32,120 bases of DNA, taken from assembly GCA_041616535.1 (NCBI GenBank), contig JBFJQO010000001.1, positions 1 to 32,120 of the forward strand, written 5' to 3'. Shown piece after piece: positions 8,551-15,921 of this stretch. Position 1 is the stretch's first letter. Each line of letters starts with the position of its first letter. The stretch is from Woeseiaceae bacterium. GTDB lineage: Bacteria; Pseudomonadota; Gammaproteobacteria; Steroidobacterales; Woeseiaceae. The notes below the pieces were generated by a model, which had not been told where the DNA came from, made no database searches, and saw only the letters and a program-made list of their open reading frames with translations. The translations under genes were made by a program, and so were the position numbers.

Positions 8551-9417
8551 TTACGCTTTTTTCATTCGGCGCCTGAAATCGAACCAGGCATCCATGTAGC
8601 CAACTATCCCCAGTATCGTGACCAGCAGCACCTGCAACAACGGCAACAGCACGTAGATCGACACTACCGCCACGAGCGGCAGTGTTCCTTCTGCGTGCAA
8701 CCAGTGCACGATGGCCAGCCCCTGGATCCAGAACACGACGAACATCACGAACGCGAGGTTCTGCATCAAGGCCACGTCTACCACGAGCGCCAGTAACGAC
8801 ACCAGCGCCATGGTGAACGCGATGACACGTCCAAAACTCAAATCGCGAAACAAGCCGTACTTGCCTGTTTCGCCCGGCAGCTTGTTATACAAACCGTAAC
8901 CGAGCAGCAGTCCGGTGGCATACAGCATCCAGAACGCCAGCGTCGCGGATACCGTCATGACCTCGGCGTTGAGCAACTCGGTGTTCAACTCCAGGCTATT
9001 CTGCCGTGCGATCTCCGCCATCGTCGCCAGGTACGGCTGCCAGAAGGCCACCGGATCTGCAACGACGACGTAAAAACCGAGCATCGCCAGTACAGCCACG
9101 ATGACCGACACCTGCATTGTCAGTGCCAGAGACCGGGCGCTGACGAGCAGCACGGTCAACAACAGCACGGGCAACCACGTGCCTGCCATCAGTGTCATCA
9201 TCGAGGCAGCGGATACGCCGAACACGAGCGACACCAACACCAGGATCGCTCCGGCGGCCGACGCCTCTATGACCGCCAGTCGCATGCCCTGCGCCAGGAC
9301 CAGCAACACCAGGATGACACCACTGGTGAGCTGCGGCGCGGGCAGCAGCAACGTGACGGCCAGTCCCAGTACGGCATTTTGCGGCCTGGCGGTCAGCCAC
9401 GCGGCCAGCGCCTGCAC
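8551..9417 (-). CDS. Polytopic inner-membrane protein (DUF2232/YybS-like, tentative) conserved between rpsR and rplI
   Basis: 288-aa ORF that is almost entirely hydrophobic helices. It sits 18 nt after rpsR and 11 nt before rplI, so it lies inside the ribosomal-protein operon. A membrane protein occupies this position in pseudomonads and in Bacillus (yybS). Confidence 0.8.
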   Translation of the reverse strand: MQALAAWLTARPQNAVLGLAVTLLLPAPQLTSGVILVLLVLAQGMRLAVIEASAAGAILVLVSLVFGVSAASMMTLMAGTWLPVLLLTVLLVSARSLALTMQVSVIVAVLAMLGFYVVVADPVAFWQPYLATMAEIARQNSLELNTELLNAEVMTVSATLAFWMLYATGLLLGYGLYNKLPGETGKYGLFRDLSFGRVIAFTMALVSLLALVVDVALMQNLAFVMFVVFWIQGLAIVHWLHAEGTLPLVAVVSIYVLLPLLQVLLVTILGIVGYMDAWFDFRRRMKKA

Positions 9418-9435
9418 AGGACGGCCCCGTCCGGC

Positions 9436-9660
9436 TTAATGCCGGTCGGTGTACGGCAGCAGCGCGAGATAACGTGCGCGCTTGACCGCCGTGGCCAACT
9501 GACGCTGGTAGTGAGACTTCGTGCCCGTGATCCGGCTCGGGACGATCTTGCCCGTTTCGGTCACGTAGGCCTTGAGCAGGTTGAGATCCTTGTAGTCGAT
9601 CTCCTTGATGCCCTCGGCCGTGAAGCGGCAATACTTGCGCCTGCGTGAATAACGACTCAT
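9436..9660 (-). CDS. rpsR: 30S ribosomal protein S18
   Basis: 74-aa [50 protein letters not shown]...[13 protein letters not shown], a textbook S18. Confidence 0.97.
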   Translation of the reverse strand: MSRYSRRRKYCRFTAEGIKEIDYKDLNLLKAYVTETGKIVPSRITGTKSHYQRQLATAVKRARYLALLPYTDRH

Positions 9661-9671
9661 GACTGTTCTCC

Positions 9672-10277
9672 TCAGGCGCTCTTGGCTTCGGCGGGCTTGT
9701 CGGCATCCGCGTCGGCGTTATCTTTCGTGGCGGCCTCGGCCTCTTCGGCCGGTGCGTCCTCACGACTGGCTTCGGCGGGCTTCTCGTCGACTTTTTCCTC
9801 GACCTTTTCCTCGGCCTTTTCCTCGACCTTTTCCTCGGCCTGTTCCTCGGCCTTCTCGTCCGCCTTCTTGTCCGTCCTTTCGGCACGTTGCGCGGCCTCG
9901 GCGGCTGCCTTGGCTTCGCGGCGCTCCTGCGCTTCCTTCTCGCGCTGCTTTTCTTCGGCGACCGCGACCGCCATCGGCGATGCTTCGGTCACCGCCTCGT
10001 CGCGCGACAGCACGAGGTGACGCAGCACGGCGTCGTTGAACTTGAAGGCGCTCTTGATCTCCTTGATAACGGAGGACGGGCACTCGACGTTCAGCAGCGC
10101 GTAGTGCGCCTTGTGGATCTTGTTGATCGGGTGCGCCAGCTGGCGGCGGCCCCAGTCTTCGGAGCGGTGCACCTGGCCGCCGGCTTCGGCGACCATGCCC
10201 TGGTACTTTTCGACCATGGCAGGCACCTGTTCGCTCTGGTCCGGATGGACCAGGAACACGATTTCATAATGTCTCAT
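9672..10277 (-). CDS. rpsF: 30S ribosomal protein S6 with ~100-aa charged low-complexity C-terminal tail
   Basis: The track ORF (9672..10337) starts too early. The internal ATG at 10277 gives [25 protein letters not shown]... (canonical S6 N-terminus) with SD AAGGGA 6-7 nt upstream. That makes 201 aa against ~131-135 in E. coli. Confidence 0.95.
   Translation of the reverse strand: MRHYEIVFLVHPDQSEQVPAMVEKYQGMVAEAGGQVHRSEDWGRRQLAHPINKIHKAHYALLNVECPSSVIKEIKSAFKFNDAVLRHLVLSRDEAVTEASPMAVAVAEEKQREKEAQERREAKAAAEAAQRAERTDKKADEKAEEQAEEKVEEKAEEKVEEKVDEKPAEASREDAPAEEAEAATKDNADADADKPAEAKSA
9794..9853 (-). repeat. In-frame 12-bp tandem repeat (5 good units, degenerate flanks to ~9782-9877) inside the rpsF tail
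   Basis: Plus strand: ttttcctcgacc / ttttcctcggcc / ttttcctcgacc / ttttcctcggcc / tgttcctcggcc, a 24-bp higher-order alternation of gacc and ggcc. It encodes [21 protein letters not shown]. Confidence 0.9.
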
Positions 10278-10422
10278 TGTCGTCCCTTGTGGATGAGATC
10301 GCCCTTTTTGGCGGGGATCACAGCTGCCCGCTTCCACGGCGCAGCAAGGTTACGGCTAAAATCGCCGCCCCGCCTTAACTGGCGGGGACGCGCATCCTAA
10401 CCAAGCGGGGCGCCCCGTGCAA
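10278..10422 (-). promoter_or_regulatory. Candidate rpsF promoter and structured 5' leader
   Basis: On the minus strand, TTGCAC (10422..10417), a 17-nt spacer and TAGGAT (10399..10394). The ~110-nt leader contains the hairpin CCCCGCC-agttaa-GGCGGGG. An S6:S18-binding leader is known for rpsF operons, but I cannot verify that fold by eye. Confidence 0.35.
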
Positions 10423-10454
10423 GCCATGAATCCCCGGAATCCGGGGTGGATAGC

Positions 10455-11213
10455 CTAATCCGCGGGGCCCCGGCGGCGGACGATTTCGTACAGGCAGATG
10501 CCGGTCGCGACCGACACGTTGAGGCTCGAAACCGCGCCGCGCATCGGCAGGCTGACGAGCGCGTCACAGCGACTCGCGATGCCTTTCGACAGACCGGTAT
10601 GCTCGCGGCCCATGACGAGCGCAACCGGGCCCGCCAGGTCGGCCTCCCAGAGGCTCGCGTCGGCCCGGTCGGAGGTCCCGATACGGCGGATGCCGTAGCT
10701 TCCGAGCCAATCCAGGACCTTGCCGAGGTTGGCCACGGCCGCGAACGGCAAGTGTTCGGCCGCCCCGGCAGCCACCTTGCTGACGGTCGGCCCCAGCCCG
10801 GCCGCGCCGTGCCGAGGTGCGACGACGGCGTCGACCCCGGCGGCATCCGCGGTCCGCAGGCAGGCCCCGAGGTTGTGCGGGTCCTGGATACCGTCGAGCA
10901 TTAGCAGGAGCACGGGCGTCCCGGCCTCGAGTCGGTTCTCGACCAGCGCACGCAGGCCCGCCTCGTCGAGCACCGTGCTGCGACGGACCTCGGCCACGAC
11001 GCCCTGGTGCCGCGATTCGCCACTGATCTGGGTAAGCCGCGCCCGATTGGCGGCCTGGACGTCGATGCCCGCCTGCCGCGCGGCCCGAATGATCGCCTCG
11101 ACCCTGGGGTTGGCCGTCCGGTACTCGGCGTACAGGCGGCGTACCTCGGCAGTATCGCCGGCCAGCAGTTGTTCGACGGCCCTGAGGCCCGTGATGTAAC
11201 GTGCCCGGCTCAT
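10455..11213 (-). CDS. rlmB: 23S rRNA (guanosine-2'-O)-methyltransferase RlmB (SpoU/TrmH family)
   Basis: The real start is the internal ATG at 11213 (MSRARYITGLRAVEQLL...), which overlaps the rnr stop as ATGA. SpoU motifs: LDGIQDPHNLGACLRTA, LVMGREHTGLS, IPMRGAVSSLNVSVATG. The upstream 261 codons of the 513-aa track ORF are an out-of-frame read through the rnr 3' end. Confidence 0.93.
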   Translation of the reverse strand: MSRARYITGLRAVEQLLAGDTAEVRRLYAEYRTANPRVEAIIRAARQAGIDVQAANRARLTQISGESRHQGVVAEVRRSTVLDEAGLRALVENRLEAGTPVLLLMLDGIQDPHNLGACLRTADAAGVDAVVAPRHGAAGLGPTVSKVAAGAAEHLPFAAVANLGKVLDWLGSYGIRRIGTSDRADASLWEADLAGPVALVMGREHTGLSKGIASRCDALVSLPMRGAVSSLNVSVATGICLYEIVRRRGPAD

Positions 11214-13402
11214 CGGCGCCGCTGCTCCGTGGGCCGGAAATCGATGCGGCGTGTCTCCATGTCCACACGGCTCACCTGCACGCGCATCGCATCGCCGAGG
11301 CTGAAGCGGCGGCCCGTCCGCTCCCCGACCAGGCTCTGCGAGCCCGCATCGAAGTGATAATAGTCGTTGGACAGGCTCGTCACGTGCACGAGGCCGTCGG
11401 TCAGCAAGTCGGTAATCTGCACGAACACGCCGAAGTGTGTGACGCCCGTGATGACGCCATCGAACTCGTCGCCGAGATGCTGCTCCATGTACTGGCACTT
11501 TAGCCACGCCTCGACGTCGCGCGTCGCGTCCTCGGCGCGCTTCTCGTGCGCCGAGGTGATCGCACCGAGCCGTTCCATATCGCGTGCACCGTAATCGTAG
11601 CGCCGCGGCTTGCCGCCCCGGACGATGTGGCGTATCGCGCGATGCACGAGCAGGTCCGGGTAACGGCGAATCGGCGACGTGAAATGCGCGTAGGAATCGA
11701 GAGCGAGTCCGAAGTGCCCGATGTTGGCCGGCGAGTATTCCGCATGCGTCAACGAGCGCAGCATCGTCATCATGATGGCGGTCGCGTCCGGACGACCCGC
11801 CGTCTGGCGGATGATCTTCGTGAAATCCCGCGGCTGCACGTGGTCGGGATGTGCAACCTTCAAGCCGAGCGACGTCAGGTAAAGGCGCAGCTCGTTGAAG
11901 CGGTCCGGGTCGGGCCTCGCGTGCACACGAAACAAACCGGCAATGCGATGGCGCTTGATGAACTTCGCGGCCTCGACGTTGGCGGCGATCATGCACTCCT
12001 CGATCAGGCGGTGCGCATCGTTGCGGGGCACGACTTCGATACGGTCGATCTCGCCCTTGCGATTCAGCTTGAACTTTGTCTGGGGCAAGTCGATCTCGAT
12101 TGCGCCGCGCCGGTTGCGTGCTCTCGCCAGGGCCTTGTACAACTTGTGCAGTTCACGAACAGGTGAGTGCAGCGCGTTCGGCACGGATTTCGCCGACCCG
12201 CCGTCGAGGAAACGCCAGACCTGGCTGTAGGTCAGGCGTGCCTTGGATCGCATCACCGCCTCGTAGAACTCGGAACTCGTTACCTTGCCCTGGCCATTGA
12301 CGCGCATCTCGCAGACCATGCAAAGGCGATCGACCTTCGGATTCAGCGAACACAGACCGTTCGAGAGGACTTCCGGCAGCATCGGCACGACCCGATCGGG
12401 GAAATACACGGACGTGCCGCGGCACGTCGCTTCCTTGTCGAGCGCAGAACCGACCTTGACGTAATGAGACACATCCGCAATGGCGACCTGCAGGATCCAG
12501 CCGTTGCCGTCACGCTCGCAGAACACAGCATCGTCGAAATCGCGCGCGTCCGCGCCGTCGATCGTCACGAGATCGACGTCGCGCAGGTCGTAGCGCCCTT
12601 CCTTCGCTTTCTGCGGCACAGTCGTGCCATAGCGTTCGATCTCCCGGAGTACGTTGCGCGGCCACTTGAAAGGAATGGCGTGGGTGTGAATTGCAACGTC
12701 GGTCGCGATGCCCTTGTCGCCCGGTGAGCCGATGATGTCGACGACCCGTCCCGTCGCCTGCTCGACGTGCGTCGGGTAGTCGATGATCTCTGCCACGACC
12801 ATCTGGCCCGGCTGCGCGCCGCCGCCCTCCCCCTTGGGAATCAGGATGCGGTGGGCGATACGCGCGTTGTCGGGAATGAGAAGCCCGATTCCGCGCTCGC
12901 GGATATACTGGCCCGCAACCCGGCGCGTGCCGCGTTCGAGGACGTCGACGAGCTTGCCCTCGGCTCGCCCGCGTCGGTCTGTGCCGACGACGCGGACGGC
13001 CACGCGGTCGCCGTCGAATAGCGCCCGCATCTCGCGGGCCGACAGGTAGATGTCGTCGTCCTCGCCGTCGTCACGCACGACGAAGCCGAAACCGTCGCGA
13101 TGCCCGCTGACGGTGCCCGTCAACAGATCGAGCTTGGCCGTCAGGCAGAATTCGCCGCGCCGGTTCTCGAGGATCTGGCCGGAGCGTACCATCGTGTAGA
13201 GCCGGTCGACGAGCTGAGTCCGCATGCGCTGACCCGTGAGACCGAATGCCTTGAGTATCGCTTCAACCTTGACCGGCCGTCCGGCCTCCTGCAGGTAGTC
13301 GATGACTTCGTTCGGCCCGGGAACCGGGTGCTTGTAGGGCTTGCCGCGCTGCGGCTTTTTCCTGTTCTTAACTTTACGCGCCAAGGGCTGCGATTCCTTC
13401 AA
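11210..13402 (-). CDS. rnr: Ribonuclease R
   Basis: 730-aa ORF with the RNB catalytic region (TIDGADARDFDDAV), N-terminal cold-shock/OB region and C-terminal S1 domain (GVITGVTHFGVFVQI). rnr-rlmB adjacency is conserved. Confidence 0.96.
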   Translation of the reverse strand: MKESQPLARKVKNRKKPQRGKPYKHPVPGPNEVIDYLQEAGRPVKVEAILKAFGLTGQRMRTQLVDRLYTMVRSGQILENRRGEFCLTAKLDLLTGTVSGHRDGFGFVVRDDGEDDDIYLSAREMRALFDGDRVAVRVVGTDRRGRAEGKLVDVLERGTRRVAGQYIRERGIGLLIPDNARIAHRILIPKGEGGGAQPGQMVVAEIIDYPTHVEQATGRVVDIIGSPGDKGIATDVAIHTHAIPFKWPRNVLREIERYGTTVPQKAKEGRYDLRDVDLVTIDGADARDFDDAVFCERDGNGWILQVAIADVSHYVKVGSALDKEATCRGTSVYFPDRVVPMLPEVLSNGLCSLNPKVDRLCMVCEMRVNGQGKVTSSEFYEAVMRSKARLTYSQVWRFLDGGSAKSVPNALHSPVRELHKLYKALARARNRRGAIEIDLPQTKFKLNRKGEIDRIEVVPRNDAHRLIEECMIAANVEAAKFIKRHRIAGLFRVHARPDPDRFNELRLYLTSLGLKVAHPDHVQPRDFTKIIRQTAGRPDATAIMMTMLRSLTHAEYSPANIGHFGLALDSYAHFTSPIRRYPDLLVHRAIRHIVRGGKPRRYDYGARDMERLGAITSAHEKRAEDATRDVEAWLKCQYMEQHLGDEFDGVITGVTHFGVFVQITDLLTDGLVHVTSLSNDYYHFDAGSQSLVGERTGRRFSLGDAMRVQVSRVDMETRRIDFRPTEQRRR

Positions 13403-13433
13403 ATTGGGGGTAAAAGAGGTGCCGTAACGGCGA

Positions 13434-13462
13434 TTGACAGGCGGGCCGGGTTTTCTTACAGT
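13434..13462 (+). promoter_or_regulatory. Sigma-70 promoter for tRNA-Leu
   Basis: TTGACA (13434-13439), a 17-nt spacer, TACAGT (13457-13462), then the GC-rich discriminator gcgccacc. The predicted ~55-nt leader contains the hairpin CGCACGA...TCGTGCG. Confidence 0.6.
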
Positions 13463-13523
13463 GCGCCACCCGCACGAGCTGCATTGTACGCGGTTCGTGC
13501 GAGGGCTTCTCTACTGCCCTCAA

Positions 13524-13610
13524 GCCCAGGTGGCGGAATTGGTAGACGCGCTAGCTTCAGGTGCTAGTGGCCGCAAGGTCGTGGGAGTTCAAGTCTCCCC
13601 CTGGGCACCA
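13524..13610 (+). tRNA. tRNA-Leu (anticodon CAG), encoded CCA end
   Basis: Folded by hand. Acceptor GCCCAGG/CCTGGGC; anticodon stem CTAGC/GCTAG with loop TTCAGGT (CAG); long variable arm (class II tRNA); T arm GGGAG-TTCAAGT-CTCCC; discriminator A plus CCA. Confidence 0.95.
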
Positions 13611-13618
13611 GGCACGAG

Positions 13619-13642
13619 AGGCCCGCTCACCGCAGCGGGCCT
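13619..13642 (+). terminator. Stem-loop after tRNA-Leu (also directly after the convergent permease gene)
   Basis: AGGCCCGC-tcaccgca-GCGGGCCT (8-bp stem) followed by TTTCCCGTT on the plus strand. Confidence 0.55.
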
Positions 13643-13649
13643 TTCCCGT

Positions 13650-14366
13650 TCAGGCACCCCTTTCGAGATGGCGGCGCTCGAGCGTGATGAACATGGCCGC
13701 CGACAATCCGGCGACGCCGAACAGCATCAGCATGACGACGATCTGGTACTTGGCCGCGACCACGGGCGACACGCCGGAGAGGATCTGCCCCGTCATCATG
13801 CCCGGAAGCGCGACGAGTCCGACCGCGAACAGCGTGTTGATCATCGGTATCAATGCCGCCTCCAGCGCCACCCGGCGCGTCTCAGGGAAACTCGCGCCTC
13901 GCGACGCCTCGGCGTAGGCGCGCTCCCCAGCCAGGCTGACCGTGTTCATCGCCCCCGAGAAGATCATCCCGGCCAGGGGCACGAGGTAGCGCGGACTGAA
14001 CCAGGGTTCGATGCCGATGACCACCTGGCTGACGAGCGCCAGGACCAGCACGCCGCTCACCGCGATCGAGAGGAACGCACTGACGAAGACGCGCCGCGAC
14101 TTGTTGGCCAGCGGCCGAATCGAGATCCAGCTGGCGGCAACCAGCATGACGGTCAGAACGAGCAAGACGATCGACGGCTCGCCGGCCTCGAAGATGTAGA
14201 CGAGCACGTAGCCGATCAGCAGCAATTGCACGAGCATGCGCGCCGTTGCGTACAGGCCCGTGCCGGCACCGGCCGCCCAGCGCCACATGATCACGATAAC
14301 CGCGATCGTCGGTATCGACGCCATCGCGAGCCCCTGCCAGGTGATCGCCTGCACAGCCGTATTCAT
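13650..14366 (-). CDS. FetB/YbbM-like (UPF0014) ABC-type permease subunit with no adjacent ATPase gene
   Basis: Polytopic membrane ORF with the family-typical C-terminal stretch ALIPMINTLFAVGLVALPGMMTGQILSGVSPVVAAKYQIVVM. I prefer the second ATG (14366, GGAGGG 6 nt upstream) to the track start at 14372. Confidence 0.8.
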   Translation of the reverse strand: MNTAVQAITWQGLAMASIPTIAVIVIMWRWAAGAGTGLYATARMLVQLLLIGYVLVYIFEAGEPSIVLLVLTVMLVAASWISIRPLANKSRRVFVSAFLSIAVSGVLVLALVSQVVIGIEPWFSPRYLVPLAGMIFSGAMNTVSLAGERAYAEASRGASFPETRRVALEAALIPMINTLFAVGLVALPGMMTGQILSGVSPVVAAKYQIVVMLMLFGVAGLSAAMFITLERRHLERGA

Positions 14367-14435
14367 ACACATCCCTCCGCGGGTTCCTGCGCAGTATACT
14401 CACGCCTTCGTCACAACAACGAAGGAATGGACGCC

Positions 14436-15002
14436 ATGTCTCTGTTACTGGCCGGCATTACGATCTTCTGCGGCGTGCACCTGTTCAAGGCGGCCGCACC
14501 TGCGACCCGCGACAGCCTCGTCGAGAAACTCGGCGAGAATCCCTACAAGGGAATCTTCTCTCTGCTGATTATCGGTGGCCTGGTCTTGATCGTATTCGGC
14601 TGGAAGGCGACGGTGCCGCGGGCCATGTATATGCCGCCGCTGGCGCCCGGGCTCATCCCGGCCGCGCTCATGCTGGTAGCCCTGATCCTGTTCCTCGCCT
14701 CGCAGATGAACGGTCACCTGAAACGCACGCTGCGCCATCCACAGATGCTCGGCACGCTCGTCTGGGCCGTGACGCATCTTCTCGTGAACGGCGACAGCCG
14801 CTCCGTCATCCTGTTCGGCACACTGGCCGCGTGGGCGCTGCTCGAGATCGTTCTCTGCAACCGTCGGGACGGGCCTCGGACCGAGCGGCCGCCGGCATCA
14901 GCGAGGTTCGACGCGATCGCGATCGTTATTGGCGTCGTGGCGTTCGGCCTCATCGGGCATTTCCACCTCGCCCTGTTCGGCGTGGCCGCTCTCCCCGTCT
15001 AG
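14436..15002 (+). CDS. NnrU-family integral membrane protein
   Basis: Only the last ~189 codons of the 522-aa track ORF are credible: MSLLLAGITIFCGVHLFKAAAP...RHPQMLGTLVWAVTHLLVNGD..., which is NnrU-like. SD GAAGGA lies 9 nt upstream of the ATG at 14436; the ATG at 14427 is an alternative. Confidence 0.8.
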   Translation: MSLLLAGITIFCGVHLFKAAAPATRDSLVEKLGENPYKGIFSLLIIGGLVLIVFGWKATVPRAMYMPPLAPGLIPAALMLVALILFLASQMNGHLKRTLRHPQMLGTLVWAVTHLLVNGDSRSVILFGTLAAWALLEIVLCNRRDGPRTERPPASARFDAIAIVIGVVAFGLIGHFHLALFGVAALPV

Positions 15003-15709
15003 TCGGGCTCCGAGCCCGGCAAAGACCGCCGCTTGGTGCGCATGGTCCGGTAGATGAACGGCTCGTCGCCCTGTGGCTGGTCGCGCGCACGCGTCTCGGC
15101 GAGCGACACATGGCCGGACACGCTCCACGGCGGCGCGGTCCGCCGCGACGGTGGCCGCGCCTGCAGCAGCGGGAATTGATGAAGCCAGTAGGCCGCGTCC
15201 GCGTCCCACTTGTCCTCGATGCGCAGTCCGAGTTCACCGGTTGACCCCGATTCGCCATCTACCCGGGCTGTCGTGACGATCAGGCTGCCGAGGTAGGTGA
15301 CGGTTCCGGGAACCAGCTCGGCGGTCGGCCCTGCCACGGACGTCCTGTACCACTGCTCACGGTATTCGCTCTTCCTCTCGACGAATTCGAGACTGCGAAA
15401 AGCGAACGAGGGACCCGGAACCTCCAGCAGCACGAGGTTCAGTTCGGGCCGCTCGCCCGATACGTCGAACAGCGGCCCCGAGCCGACATCGACGTAGGCG
15501 GCCATAAAAGGCCATGCGCCGGCTCCGGTGAGGGCGCGAGTGTCGAAGGAAAACGCGACGACGTAGGCCTCGGGCGCCATTGATGTTCGTGCCGGATCGA
15601 CGCGGCTCGCCACGCCGCCACAGGCCGCAAGGCACAGCACGGAGCCGGCCAGCGCGATATAGCGTCGGGCGTGCCGCGCACGTCTGAATCGGGTCGTCGG
15701 TACCATCAT
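14999..15709 (-). CDS. Hypothetical lipoprotein
   Basis: An internal start (MMVPTTRFRRARHARRYIALAGSVLCLAAC|GG) gives a classical lipobox LAAC. I recognise no family for the mature part. The 3' end overlaps the NnrU gene stop by 4 nt (convergent). Confidence 0.65.
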   Translation of the reverse strand: MMVPTTRFRRARHARRYIALAGSVLCLAACGGVASRVDPARTSMAPEAYVVAFSFDTRALTGAGAWPFMAAYVDVGSGPLFDVSGERPELNLVLLEVPGPSFAFRSLEFVERKSEYREQWYRTSVAGPTAELVPGTVTYLGSLIVTTARVDGESGSTGELGLRIEDKWDADAAYWLHQFPLLQARPPSRRTAPPWSVSGHVSLAETRARDQPQGDEPFIYRTMRTKRRSLPGSEPD

Positions 15710-15789
15710 TCTCTCCACTGCGCAGTGTAGAAGAGTATGGCCGCGGCTGCGAGACCGGCTCTGCTTTTCGCTAACTATCAATACCTTAG

Positions 15790-15823
15790 CTGACGCCTAA
15801 GGATTCCCTAAGGCGACCGTCAG
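15790..15823. promoter_or_regulatory. Compound imperfect palindrome with CCTAAGG direct repeat in a divergent intergenic region (operator candidate)
   Basis: CTGACG-CCTAAGG-attc-CCTAAGG-cgac-CGTCAG. The outer arms CTGACG/CGTCAG are exact reverse complements, and the inner 7-mers pair except at the central base. A further CCTTAG lies at 15784-15789. Confidence 0.3.
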
Positions 15824-15921
15824 CCTTCATACGCAAACACTCACGGAAGCGTCAGTCATTCGCGTTGCGCCCCCCCGAGACTCGAACTATGGGCCGGACC
15901 GACACGGGAACGGAGGCATTC

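Noticed and set aside
9661-9671. The absence of priB or ssb between rpsF and rpsR, where only 11 nt separate them.
   Set aside because: priB in this slot is characteristic of enterobacteria and some other lineages, and many proteobacteria lack it there. This is an ordinary lineage difference, not an anomaly.
9794-9853. The 12-bp tandem repeats as a CRISPR-like or non-coding VNTR array.
   Set aside because: The units are contiguous with no spacers, are in frame, and lie inside the rpsF coding sequence, so this is a coding low-complexity expansion.
8996-9886. A 296-aa Arg/Pro/Lys-rich ORF spanning the rpsF tail, rpsR and the membrane-protein gene, and the mirror ORFs at 9659..10039(+) and 9682..10020(+).
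   Set aside because: These are alternative-frame readings of the repetitive rpsF tail and of bona fide ribosomal genes. Their low-complexity translations are an artefact of the 12-bp repeat.
11214-11996. The N-terminal extension of the 513-aa ORF 10455..11996(-).
   Set aside because: It overlaps the rnr 3' end out of frame. The RlmB homology starts at the internal ATG at 11213, which forms an ATGA overlap with the rnr stop.
13434-14435. The N-terminal ~330 codons of the 522-aa plus-strand ORF 13434..15002.
   Set aside because: It runs straight through the tRNA-Leu gene and antisense to the FetB-like permease. The translation is Arg/Asp/His-rich nonsense. Only the 3' part from 14436, the NnrU-like membrane protein, is credible.
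15870-15876. A C7 homopolymer ~45 nt upstream of the PLD start codon as a phase-variation tract.
   Set aside because: Seven C residues in a genome this GC-rich is too short and too common to support a slipped-strand switch, and it is not positioned between recognisable -35 and -10 elements.
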